Under the pieces are notes generated by a model. The model was given only the letters and a program-made list of their open reading frames with translations. It was not told where the DNA came from and searched no databases. Made by a program: the position numbers and the translations under genes. 64,000 bases of DNA from an uncultured Gammaproteobacteria bacterium (GTDB lineage: Bacteria; Patescibacteriota; Patescibacteriia; UBA11705), in assembly GCA_964413735.1 (NCBI GenBank), contig CAYPSS010000003.1:106626-170625 (forward strand), written 5' to 3'. This document shows positions 44,762-53,378 of the stretch, in pieces; position 1 is the first letter of the stretch; every line of letters starts with the position of its first letter.

Positions 44762-44797
44762 AAAAAAAACAGCGCTTTCCAAGCGTTGTTTTTTTAT
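44762..44797. terminator. Bidirectional terminator between rplU and recR
   Basis: cagcgctt-tcca-aagcgttg stem with an A-run upstream and a T-run downstream. Confidence 0.5.
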
Positions 44798-45396
44798 ATT
44801 TCGCGTCGGCCTTTTAAAGCACTGGCTAAAGTCACTTCATCGGCATATTCAATGTCTGATCCCATTGGTAAGCCTCGCGCCAGACGAGTGATTTTTAGAT
44901 TGTATTTGCTTAATAATTTTCTCAGAAAAATAATGGTGGCTTCACCTTGCATATCAGGATTAAAAGCTAAAATGATTTCCTTAATTCCATTGGTTTCAAT
45001 CCGTTCAAGTAATTTCTTGATATTTAATTGATCTTCGGTGATTCCTTCAATCGGATTAATCACACCACCCAAAACATGATATAAACCATGGTATTCTCTA
45101 GTTTCTTCAATAACATTTAGGTCGTGTATTTGTTCCACGACACATAAAATTTGGTGGTCACGATTTTGATTGGAGCAAATCGGACATAGATTTTCTTTTT
45201 CCGATAAATTGCCACATTCGTAACATTGATGCAAATTGTTTTGTAAATCAAGTAGTGCTTGACGTAACTGTTCAATGTCGCTTTTTGGTTTTTTCATTAA
45301 AAAAAACACAAATCGTTCGGCGGTTTTACGACCGATTCCCGGAAGTTTGGAAAATTCATTGATTAAATTTTGAATGGCACGAGGGAAAGATGACAT
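44794..45396 (-). CDS. recR: Recombination protein RecR
   Basis: HhH LPGIGRKTAERF, C4 zinc finger (CYECGN...CPICS), Toprim domain. Confidence 0.85.
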   Translation of the reverse strand: MSSFPRAIQNLINEFSKLPGIGRKTAERFVFFLMKKPKSDIEQLRQALLDLQNNLHQCYECGNLSEKENLCPICSNQNRDHQILCVVEQIHDLNVIEETREYHGLYHVLGGVINPIEGITEDQLNIKKLLERIETNGIKEIILAFNPDMQGEATIIFLRKLLSKYNLKITRLARGLPMGSDIEYADEVTLASALKGRREI

Positions 45397-45400
45397 AAAG

Positions 45401-45694
45401 TTACATGCCGGGGAAATTTAAACCAAAGCCACCTTGTTGCATTTTCAGCGCCATGGTTTTTTGAATTTTTTTAATGGCATCATTGAACGCTTCCTTGACC
45501 GCGTCCTGAGTTTTTTCTTTATTGTTAAGTAATTCTTGGTCAATATCAATGGACAGTACTTCCTGATTACCGTTCATTATTACCTTGACTTTTCCCCAGG
45601 CGCCGGTTCCTTCAGCCGTTTCTTGCGCTAACATGCTTTGCATTTGTTTGGCTTGGTCACGTAATTGTTTGAAGTTTTTCAGTTTGTTAAACAT
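45401..45694 (-). CDS. ybaB: Nucleoid-associated protein YbaB/EbfC
   Basis: 97-aa product starting MFNKLKNFKQLRDQAKQMQ from the internal Met. The longer upstream ORF extension has no support. Classic recR-ybaB linkage. Confidence 0.8.
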   Translation of the reverse strand: MFNKLKNFKQLRDQAKQMQSMLAQETAEGTGAWGKVKVIMNGNQEVLSIDIDQELLNNKEKTQDAVKEAFNDAIKKIQKTMALKMQQGGFGLNFPGM

Positions 45695-45707
45695 AATTTT
45701 TTGTTTA

Positions 45708-47102
45708 TTAATATTCGGAAAAAGAGGGAAGATTACCACCATGATTTTTGTCCAAGGTTTTGAAACTGGCTTGGGCGGAATCAAAGAAAAAGCGAATAAT
45801 GCCGGTGGGACCATTACGATGCTTGGCAATGTGTAATTCGGCAATTGATTTTTCTTCGGGGGTTAAATCTTCTATATTGTAATTACGATCGGCGGATTTT
45901 CGATAAATAAACAGCACAATGTCCGCGTCTTGTTCAATTGAGCCTGATTCGCGCAAATGAGCTAATTTCGGGATAGCCGGTTTACTCATTTCCACGGCGC
46001 GCGATAACTGTGATAAGGCTAGAACCGGGACATCGAGCTCACGAGCGATTTGTTTGAGTGACCGGGTTATTTCCGCCACTGCCTGTACTCGATTTTCCGC
46101 GCCGGTACGAGCTTCCATTAATTGTAAATAATCAATGACAATTAAGCCAAGTCCATGTTCCATTTTTAATCGTCTGGCTTTGGTGCGAACATCAATCACA
46201 TTGATAGCAGCGGAATCATCAATAAATATCGGAGCTTCTGATAAGATGCCCATGGCATGGCCCAAACGAGGGAAATCATCGGAGTCTTCACGTGTCGAAA
46301 GTTTACCGGTTCGAATTTTCCATAAATCAATGTTGCTTTCGGCGCATAGCATACGATCAACCAATTGTTCCTTTGACATTTCCAAGCTGAAATAGCCGAC
46401 CGGAATTTTTGATTTCACGGCTACTTGACGAGCAATATCAAGGGCGAGAGATGTTTTACCAACCGAGGGGCGGGCGGCTAAAATAATTAAGTCTGATTTT
46501 TGTAATCCGGCTAAATGAGTATCCAGATCAGGATAACCGGTTGGTACGCCACGCATTTGCCCGGCATTTTTATGTAAATCATCTATTCGATCAAAAGCAT
46601 CATTCAAAACATTTTTAATGGGAATAAAAGACTTTTTTTGGTTTTTTTGTGAAACGGAAAAAAGTTCTTGTTCAGCATCATCAATGATTTTGTCTACTTC
46701 ATCATCTTCTTTGTAGCCAAGTTCATTGATTTTATTAGCGGCATTAAGTAGACGACGCAGAGTGGCTTTTTTGGTAATAATTTTCGCGTAATTGGTGGCA
46801 TTACTGGACGTGACAACCGTATTGGTTAATGCCACTAAATAAGTTTTTCCACCCACTTGGTCCAATAGTTTTCGCTCTTCTAATAAATTGGCCAAAGTTA
46901 AAATATCAATCGGTTCATGAGCAGAGTATAGGTCCAGCATGGCGGAATAAATTTTGTTGTGATTATCCTTGTAAAAATCGTCAGCCGTAATTATGTCAGC
47001 AATCCGATAAAATGCTTCGTTATCAATTAAAATAGAGCCGAGTAATGATTGTTCGGCTTCTACATTTTGGGGTGGAATCTTGTTTAAGAGATTGTCTGAC
47101 AT
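45708..47102 (-). CDS. dnaB: Replicative DNA helicase DnaB
   Basis: N-terminal DnaB domain, Walker A ARPSVGKTSLAL, RecA-like core. 464 aa, no intein. Confidence 0.9.
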   Translation of the reverse strand: MSDNLLNKIPPQNVEAEQSLLGSILIDNEAFYRIADIITADDFYKDNHNKIYSAMLDLYSAHEPIDILTLANLLEERKLLDQVGGKTYLVALTNTVVTSSNATNYAKIITKKATLRRLLNAANKINELGYKEDDEVDKIIDDAEQELFSVSQKNQKKSFIPIKNVLNDAFDRIDDLHKNAGQMRGVPTGYPDLDTHLAGLQKSDLIILAARPSVGKTSLALDIARQVAVKSKIPVGYFSLEMSKEQLVDRMLCAESNIDLWKIRTGKLSTREDSDDFPRLGHAMGILSEAPIFIDDSAAINVIDVRTKARRLKMEHGLGLIVIDYLQLMEARTGAENRVQAVAEITRSLKQIARELDVPVLALSQLSRAVEMSKPAIPKLAHLRESGSIEQDADIVLFIYRKSADRNYNIEDLTPEEKSIAELHIAKHRNGPTGIIRFFFDSAQASFKTLDKNHGGNLPSFSEY

Positions 47103-47186
47103 AATATTTCATAGATATTTTATCGTGAATTGAATATCGGGGCAAGTTAATAAAATGTGAATAGAAAAAACGTAAGAACCTTACTA

Positions 47187-47215
47187 TTGACAAAATATTG
47201 TTAATATGTTATAAT
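47187..47215 (+). promoter_or_regulatory. Consensus sigma70 promoter (TTGACA-17-TATAAT) driving the GC-rich RNA element
   Basis: ttgaca at 47187-47192, 17-nt spacer, tataat at 47210-47215. Confidence 0.5.
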
Positions 47216-47221
47216 GTTCGC

Positions 47222-47597
47222 GCAGTATCCACATGGAAGTGGAATGTGTGTGTTTTCCTCGAACGTCGCTGGAGGGAGGCCGTGATCAGAGGTCCGCCGT
47301 AACCAAGCAATTGGTTACAGCCCAAAAGCAGTCTGGGCTTGATAATGCGACTGTTAGTTTTCGAGGCGCGGGGTCAGTTGGCCGAATTGGCGCCGGATTT
47401 AACTCGAGAACGACTGTTTATAACAATTTGGCAAGGAGGAAGGGTGACAACGTTGCTGGAACCGTGCTAAAAAGAAGGGTTAGCGACGGACCTGAGCCAA
47501 GTCGTCGTCGTAAATCAGGCCGCATTCGGGGGAGGAACGGTGAGAACGTGGCTGATGACGTATTAATTTGAACCAATGTCTGAGACATTGGTTTTTT
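47222..47597 (+). ncRNA. Candidate structured ncRNA (about 375 nt, GC-rich; class unresolved, RNase P RNA is one possibility)
   Basis: GC-rich block in an AT-rich genome between a consensus promoter and the terminator aaccaatgtctgagacattgg+tttttt. The embedded 112-aa ORF has no GC3 bias, rare AGG/AGA/CGA codons and a low-complexity basic product. Perfect 8-bp stem with GNRA loop (guaaccaa-GCAA-uugguuac). Nested helices ucgag[ggcgc..gcgcc]cucga. Hairpin agccca..ugggcu. Long-range complements cgucgcu/agcgacg and aggucccg-like agguccg/cggaccu. Confidence 0.5.
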
Positions 47598-47624
47598 CGT
47601 TTTAAAATTATTATTTTCAATAAC

Positions 47625-48488
47625 TTAATTTTTGTTTTGTTGGTGATATAAGTCAATGGTGTTTTTCAATAAAAAAGCTATGGTCATTGGGCCAACGCCT
47701 CCCGGAACCGGTGAAATAAAAGAAGTTTTGAGCATGACATTATCAAAATCAACATCACCAACGGTTTTGTCGCCCAGTTTATTGATTCCAATATCAATTA
47801 CCACTGCGCCTTGTTTAACAAATTCATTGGTCACATATTGTGGTCGTCCGATAGCCACAATTAAAATATCTGCGTCGTGACATTTATTTTGAGCGTTTAG
47901 ATCATCGGGGTGAACATATTCAACAATATTTTTTTGTCCATATAAATAATTAAATGGTATGGCGATTAAATCATGGTTGGCCAGCACGACAATTTTTTTG
48001 TTTTCCAGGTTAATTTTGGTTTCTTGAATCATGGCATCAACGCCCAGGGTCAAAGGAGATAAAATACTTGGCTTTCCTATTTTGATTTTGGCTAAGTTTT
48101 CCGGATGAAAGCCATCAACATCTTTGTTGGGAGCAATGGCATTGATAATTTTAGATTCATCTAATTTTTCCGGTAAAGGCAATTGGACTAAAATGGCGTT
48201 GATTTCCGGGTCTTGATTTAGATATTGAATCACTTCGATAATTTGTTCATCCGAATAATTATCATGGAATTCATACAAATGAAAATCAATTCGCACTTTA
48301 TCGCAAGCCTTTTTTTTCAGGTTAACATAAAGTTTGGACGATGGATTGTCACCAACTAAAATTACGGCTACGCCGGGGGCGATTTTTTCTTGGAAAATTT
48401 GCGCGCAAGTTTGAGTATTGATGATTTCCGCCAGCAATGCCCCGTTAATTATTTGAGCGCCCAGTTTATCTTTGGGAATTTTCAGCAT
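47625..48488 (-). CDS. folD: Bifunctional methylenetetrahydrofolate dehydrogenase/cyclohydrolase
   Basis: Typical FolD length and motifs (GxGxxVG-type NAD(P) loop PGGVGPMT). Confidence 0.9.
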   Translation of the reverse strand: MLKIPKDKLGAQIINGALLAEIINTQTCAQIFQEKIAPGVAVILVGDNPSSKLYVNLKKKACDKVRIDFHLYEFHDNYSDEQIIEVIQYLNQDPEINAILVQLPLPEKLDESKIINAIAPNKDVDGFHPENLAKIKIGKPSILSPLTLGVDAMIQETKINLENKKIVVLANHDLIAIPFNYLYGQKNIVEYVHPDDLNAQNKCHDADILIVAIGRPQYVTNEFVKQGAVVIDIGINKLGDKTVGDVDFDNVMLKTSFISPVPGGVGPMTIAFLLKNTIDLYHQQNKN

Positions 48489-48489
48489 A

Positions 48490-49731
48490 TTAATTGAGCT
48501 CCGGATAAAGAGGAAATTTATTTGTTAGTTCAATTACTTGATTTTTGATTTGCGATAATTTTTCCGTATTTTCATAATTGGTAATTACTTGATCAATCAA
48601 TTCAGCGATTTGGTGCATTTCATTTTCCTTCATGCCTCGAGTGGTTAGGGCTGGTGTCCCCAATCTGATTCCTGAGGGATCCATAGGCCCGCGCGGATCG
48701 TCGGGGATAGCGTTTTTATTCACCGTAATTCCGGCTAGATCCAAAGCTTCTTGGGCTTGTTTGCCGGTAATGTTTTTATTGGTTAAATCAAGTAAGAGTA
48801 AATGATTGTCCGTCCCGCCAAAGCAAATGATGTAGTTTTTTTGTTTAAATTCATGTTCTAAAGTTTTGGCATTTTTTATAATTTGCTCACAATATTGTTG
48901 AAATTCCGGTTGTAGGGCCTCTTTGAAAGCAATAGCTTTGGCCGCAATATTATTTTCGTGTGGACCACCTTGCAAACCGGGGAAAACCGCTTTGTCAATT
49001 TTCTTGGCTATAGCAGATTTACACATAATCATGGCGCCACGCGGACCACGTAAAGTTTTGTGGGTCGTGGTGGTGACCACATCAAATATTGGGACCGGAT
49101 TTTCAAGTTGTTTGCCGGCAATTAACCCAGCAATATGGGCAATGTCGGCCATGGTATAGGCGCTCACTTCATCAGCAACAGCTTTAAATTTTTGATAATC
49201 CAAATGTCGGGAGTAAGCGGAAAAACCGGCTAAAATTAATTTTGGTCGATGTTCTAAAGCCATATTTCGTAAATTATCAAAATCAATTGAGCCATCGGCC
49301 GTTGTTTTGTATCTGACAAAATTAAAAACTTTTGACATGTGGGTTACCGGATGACCATGGGTTAAATGACCACCATGACCAAGGTCCATTCCAAGAATGG
49401 TGTCACCTGGTTCTAGTAGCGCAAAATAAACCGCAATATTGGCCGGGGCGCCGGATAATGGTTGGACATTAACATGTTCAGCCCCAAATAATTGCTTGGC
49501 ACGATCAATTGCCAGTTGCTCAATTTTATCAATGTTTTCATTACCACCATAATAACGATTGCCCGGATAACCTTCCGAATATTTATTGGTAAGAACACTG
49601 CCAAGCGCTTCCAGCACAGCCATGGAAACAAAATTTTCCGAAGGGATCATTTCCAATCCTTGGCGTTGTCGTTGAATTTCCAAATCAATATATTGTTTAA
49701 CCTCGGGATCAAATTGAGCGATATTTTTCAT
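48490..49731 (-). CDS. glyA: Serine hydroxymethyltransferase
   Basis: PLP-lysine region TTTTHKTLRGPRG, conserved SHMT N-terminus. 413 aa. Confidence 0.9.
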   Translation of the reverse strand: MKNIAQFDPEVKQYIDLEIQRQRQGLEMIPSENFVSMAVLEALGSVLTNKYSEGYPGNRYYGGNENIDKIEQLAIDRAKQLFGAEHVNVQPLSGAPANIAVYFALLEPGDTILGMDLGHGGHLTHGHPVTHMSKVFNFVRYKTTADGSIDFDNLRNMALEHRPKLILAGFSAYSRHLDYQKFKAVADEVSAYTMADIAHIAGLIAGKQLENPVPIFDVVTTTTHKTLRGPRGAMIMCKSAIAKKIDKAVFPGLQGGPHENNIAAKAIAFKEALQPEFQQYCEQIIKNAKTLEHEFKQKNYIICFGGTDNHLLLLDLTNKNITGKQAQEALDLAGITVNKNAIPDDPRGPMDPSGIRLGTPALTTRGMKENEMHQIAELIDQVITNYENTEKLSQIKNQVIELTNKFPLYPELN

Positions 49732-49878
49732 AAAATTTTATCATCAAATAATTAGATTTAGAATGCCTTTATTATAGCAAAAAAAAGTAATAATTCAATA
49801 TAACAATGTTGTTGACAAAAGATATGGGTTGTGATAAGTCTAAGATACTGTTCTTTGACTCTCCCACAAGGAGGATCT

Positions 49879-50577
49879 ATGATTTCGGATAAACAAGGTG
49901 AGAAATGGGTAAGAGATGTTTTGAAGAGAATGTCTATTGTTCGTCAAGATATTCATGATCAAGAAAAAACTTTAATCAGCAAAGTTGATGAAGCAAAAAT
50001 CAAATTTGAGAAAGCTTACCTTGCATTAGCAACGTTTATGGATAATATGACGGAAGAGCGTTGTTTGCAAGATGGTCAAAATATGACTGAGTTTATCGAT
50101 TTGTCTCAGGAAGCAACTTCGGCCGGTCAAGAATATGTGCAGGTAGTGGAAGAACTCGGTAAATCTTCCGGTCAGGTTGTGAAAGTAACTGAGGCAATGG
50201 AACATTTGGAAGGGGTGCGTGATTTTCTGGCTCAAGGTTTTCCTGAATATATGGCTGGAGTGCCGAAAACTGAAGAATTTGATTTTTCCAAATTTCGATT
50301 GATTGATTTTGTGATTTGTGCGGTAAAGGAAGGAAGTGATTGGCATACTCATTTTTATCTGCATGATATTTTGCCTGTTTTGCAAAGCTGGGGCATTCAT
50401 ACTTGGACAATTCATAAAGTTAGGGGAGTTTTGCGCCGTGAATGCAATCGACAATCTGATGCTTTTTGTTATTATGTATTGGACAGAGGAGAAGCTTGGG
50501 GATTAACTGAACATGGACGAAAACAATATAAGGTTAACTTGCAAGAATTGCATAGTCATTTGAAAAGCCAGGTTTAA
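49879..50577 (+). CDS. Hypothetical protein, paralog A (N-terminal coiled coil, C-terminal HSWG-containing domain)
   Basis: ATG 49879 preceded by aaggagg. Paralogous to 50688..51392 (shared QGEKW/QGKQW and LQSWGIHTWT/LHSWGLTHWT motifs). Confidence 0.55.
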   Translation: MISDKQGEKWVRDVLKRMSIVRQDIHDQEKTLISKVDEAKIKFEKAYLALATFMDNMTEERCLQDGQNMTEFIDLSQEATSAGQEYVQVVEELGKSSGQVVKVTEAMEHLEGVRDFLAQGFPEYMAGVPKTEEFDFSKFRLIDFVICAVKEGSDWHTHFYLHDILPVLQSWGIHTWTIHKVRGVLRRECNRQSDAFCYYVLDRGEAWGLTEHGRKQYKVNLQELHSHLKSQV

Positions 50578-50687
50578 TTGTAAGTGATCAAAATGATCAC
50601 TTTTTTTTATATTTAAAAATAGTTGACAAAAGATATTGTTTATGATAATTATAAGGGGATGTTCCTTAACTCCCACCAGGAGAGAGT

Positions 50688-51392
50688 ATGACAGAAGTTA
50701 TTTCCAATCAGCAAGGTAAGCAATGGTTAACGCAATTGCTCAAACGACTGGAATTGCGACGTGAACAATTGGATCGGAAAATCCAAGAATTGGTTAAGCA
50801 GTTGGAAGTTGCCGAAGAACATTATGAAAAAGACATTGCTGCTTTTTCGATTTTGAGTAATTCCCGTATGCGGATTGCCTCAGGTGAATTGAATCTGGAT
50901 GTAGTGCAAAATTGTATTACAGTTTCCGAGAACATTGTGAAAAACGGCCAGGCTTGTTTATCCATGCGTGAATCATATCGCACATTGATGAATGATTTCC
51001 AGCAGGTTGATGCGCAAATGGCCATGGCTCGGCAGTTGATGGAACAAGAATTTGATGCTCTGCCGGAGTTGCCACCAGAAGATAGTGCGCCAAAGAAGCA
51101 TCGATTGATTGATGAAGTATTGTGCGCTTTGGTGGCATTTCCTAAAAGTAAAGTTTCTATTGGTGGTGATCTATCTCAAATTCTTAAGGTTTTGCATAGT
51201 TGGGGGTTGACTCATTGGACACCGGAAAAGCTGGCCAAGGCCTTGGACAATCAGTTTAATCGAAAAACTGAAAAACTTCTTTATAAGGTTTATCGTGAAA
51301 ATAGAAATTATTGGAGTTTATCTGTACAAGGGATTCAATATTATCAAAGGAACTTGTGTGAGCTTCACCAGAAACTGCTTAATCAGCAATAA
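50688..51392 (+). CDS. Hypothetical protein, paralog B
   Basis: Same architecture and the same upstream promoter/leader motif as paralog A. Confidence 0.55.
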   Translation: MTEVISNQQGKQWLTQLLKRLELRREQLDRKIQELVKQLEVAEEHYEKDIAAFSILSNSRMRIASGELNLDVVQNCITVSENIVKNGQACLSMRESYRTLMNDFQQVDAQMAMARQLMEQEFDALPELPPEDSAPKKHRLIDEVLCALVAFPKSKVSIGGDLSQILKVLHSWGLTHWTPEKLAKALDNQFNRKTEKLLYKVYRENRNYWSLSVQGIQYYQRNLCELHQKLLNQQ

Positions 51393-51442
51393 TTAATACA
51401 AAACAGTGACCAACGGCCACTGTTTTTTGATATCATTAGACT

Positions 51443-53323
51443 TTATTCAAAATAAAAGAATTTTTCATTACTGTAGATACCGCATTCATCACCATGATTC
51501 AGACAAACGCGGAAATAATAAGTTTGTCCGGGTGTTAAATCTGTCCACAAATAAGAAGTATCAGTTTCTGTAGTTAGCAATCGAAATTCAGCGGTCGGGA
51601 AGGTTGGCTTGGGATCAGTGGACATTAATAATTTATAGCCTTTGGGTGCGGTGGTATTGGCAATCGACCAATTAAGATTAATAGCCTCGCCATTAATTTG
51701 TCCGTTCAAAGTAATTATGCCGGTTTGTTGTTCTTCCGTGGGAATGGTAATTGATAAATTATTACTGTAAAGCAAACATTCGTTATTTTGATAGGCACAA
51801 ACTCGGAAATGATAAGTCCCGGGATCTAATTCTTTCCACAAATGATTAAATTGATTTTTGGCCACCGTGTGGGCTGAGCTTTGCGGGAAGGTGGGATTGG
51901 GCGATTCGTTGATTACTATTTTGAATTCATTTATTTCATTATTGGTATATTGCCAATCAAGATTGACTTCACCGGCCACAACTTTACCGGTTAATACCAT
52001 TTTGTCGTCTTTGGGGTTGCCGATAATAATGGATTTTTCTTCACTGGTATATAGACATTTGCTTTCTCCTAAAATACAAACTTTTATATAATATTTTTTG
52101 TTATTTTCCACTTCAATGGAGGTGGCGGTATCGGTGGTCAGAGCATCAACCGATGAGGTGCCGGTCAGAGAAGTAAGTGGTGTGGTGGCATAATAAATTC
52201 GGAAGCCTTTGACATTTTCCATTTCGGTATTACTTTTCCAAGTAACGGAAATTTTATTTTCCTGTGAAGTGAGATTTACATCAAGGGGTGATTGAGCTTG
52301 ATCAAATTTCACATAAATGATTTGCTTGTTTAATTTGCTACCCAGTTTAACGGTAATTTCAATTTGATTATCGCCGGTAGTGAGTAAATAAGGATATTCA
52401 AATTGTCCGGCGTTGTTTTTTACTTCCTTTCCGCTAATATATATTTCCGCTTGGGGATCAGTTGTGCCTTTGATGATTAAATTTTCCAAATTAGTGGTAA
52501 AATCGTTTTTTTGCGGTTCTAAAATTTTCAGTTCAACATTGGCCTCATATAATCCCATGATCAAACCAGCGGTTTCGTCTTGTTCTTTGTTCCAAACCAA
52601 CCACGAATTTGCCAGAAAATCCGTAATTTGTTTTTTTTCTGAGGTGATCATTTCAGTTGTGGGTTTACTCAAATCAATTGTGGCGATTTCACTTTGTTCA
52701 ATGGTGCGCATATTGATAATGTTGTCACTTCCGGGGGCGTCAAAAATTTTAACTTTAATTCGGCTTTCAATTACCGCCAAAGAAATTTGGTTATTTTGTA
52801 TGCCGGTATTAAATCCGGTTCCCAGGGCGGTGAATTCCACTTGGTTGATTTTGACACGATAAATAGCCGGACTGGAGTCATTGATGCGATGATAAATATT
52901 GCCTGATTTTTGTTCAATAATTATTTCACCGGGAGAAAATTTTTCAAAGTAGACTTCGGTGTTTTGATCCATACGCAGTAAGCTGTTATCCGGTAATTGG
53001 ACTATTGCCTTGCTATCCTTTTCGGTTTTAATGGTATCACCGGTAGTGATTTTTTGATTGGATTCCAGTAATGCCCATTCATCTTTTTTTATCCATAATG
53101 AACCTTTGACAAAAGTAATGGTGCCGGCCTCAAAAGTATTTTTTTGTTCCAGGTCTTGTAATGATTCGGTTGGTTTTTCCGGGGCGGTGACAATTGCCCA
53201 AATCACAAAGCCGATTAAACCGATCAAGATGGCTGACAAAAACAAAAAACCCGATGATTTGTAGAATGGTTGTTTGTAAAAATTTTTGTTTTGTCGGGAA
53301 TTAAATGACGAGTATACTTGCAT
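51443..53323 (-). CDS. Membrane-anchored FecR-like domain protein with three fibronectin-III-like repeats
   Basis: N-terminal TM. FecR-like segment (GDTIKTEKDSKAIVQLPDNSLLRMDQNTEV). Three repeats each ending in a (Y/F)xFRVC...EC-type pattern. Confidence 0.55.
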   Translation of the reverse strand: MQVYSSFNSRQNKNFYKQPFYKSSGFLFLSAILIGLIGFVIWAIVTAPEKPTESLQDLEQKNTFEAGTITFVKGSLWIKKDEWALLESNQKITTGDTIKTEKDSKAIVQLPDNSLLRMDQNTEVYFEKFSPGEIIIEQKSGNIYHRINDSSPAIYRVKINQVEFTALGTGFNTGIQNNQISLAVIESRIKVKIFDAPGSDNIINMRTIEQSEIATIDLSKPTTEMITSEKKQITDFLANSWLVWNKEQDETAGLIMGLYEANVELKILEPQKNDFTTNLENLIIKGTTDPQAEIYISGKEVKNNAGQFEYPYLLTTGDNQIEITVKLGSKLNKQIIYVKFDQAQSPLDVNLTSQENKISVTWKSNTEMENVKGFRIYYATTPLTSLTGTSSVDALTTDTATSIEVENNKKYYIKVCILGESKCLYTSEEKSIIIGNPKDDKMVLTGKVVAGEVNLDWQYTNNEINEFKIVINESPNPTFPQSSAHTVAKNQFNHLWKELDPGTYHFRVCAYQNNECLLYSNNLSITIPTEEQQTGIITLNGQINGEAINLNWSIANTTAPKGYKLLMSTDPKPTFPTAEFRLLTTETDTSYLWTDLTPGQTYYFRVCLNHGDECGIYSNEKFFYFE

Positions 53324-53378
53324 AAAATTTTATTTTCAAGCTATTTTATTTTAGAATAATAAAAAAATAAGCGCAAAC

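Noticed and set aside
45695-45844. Upstream extension of the ybaB ORF (MPNYTLPSIVMVPP...)
   Set aside because: The YbaB family starts at MFNKLK. The extension overlaps the dnaB C-terminus region and has no SD or conservation logic.
47233-47571. 112-aa ORF (MEVECVCFPRTSLEGG...) as a protein-coding gene
   Set aside because: No GC3 bias despite GC-rich sequence, rare AGG/AGA/CGA codons, a low-complexity basic product, no SD, and strong nested RNA helices including a GNRA hairpin. Better explained as a structured ncRNA.
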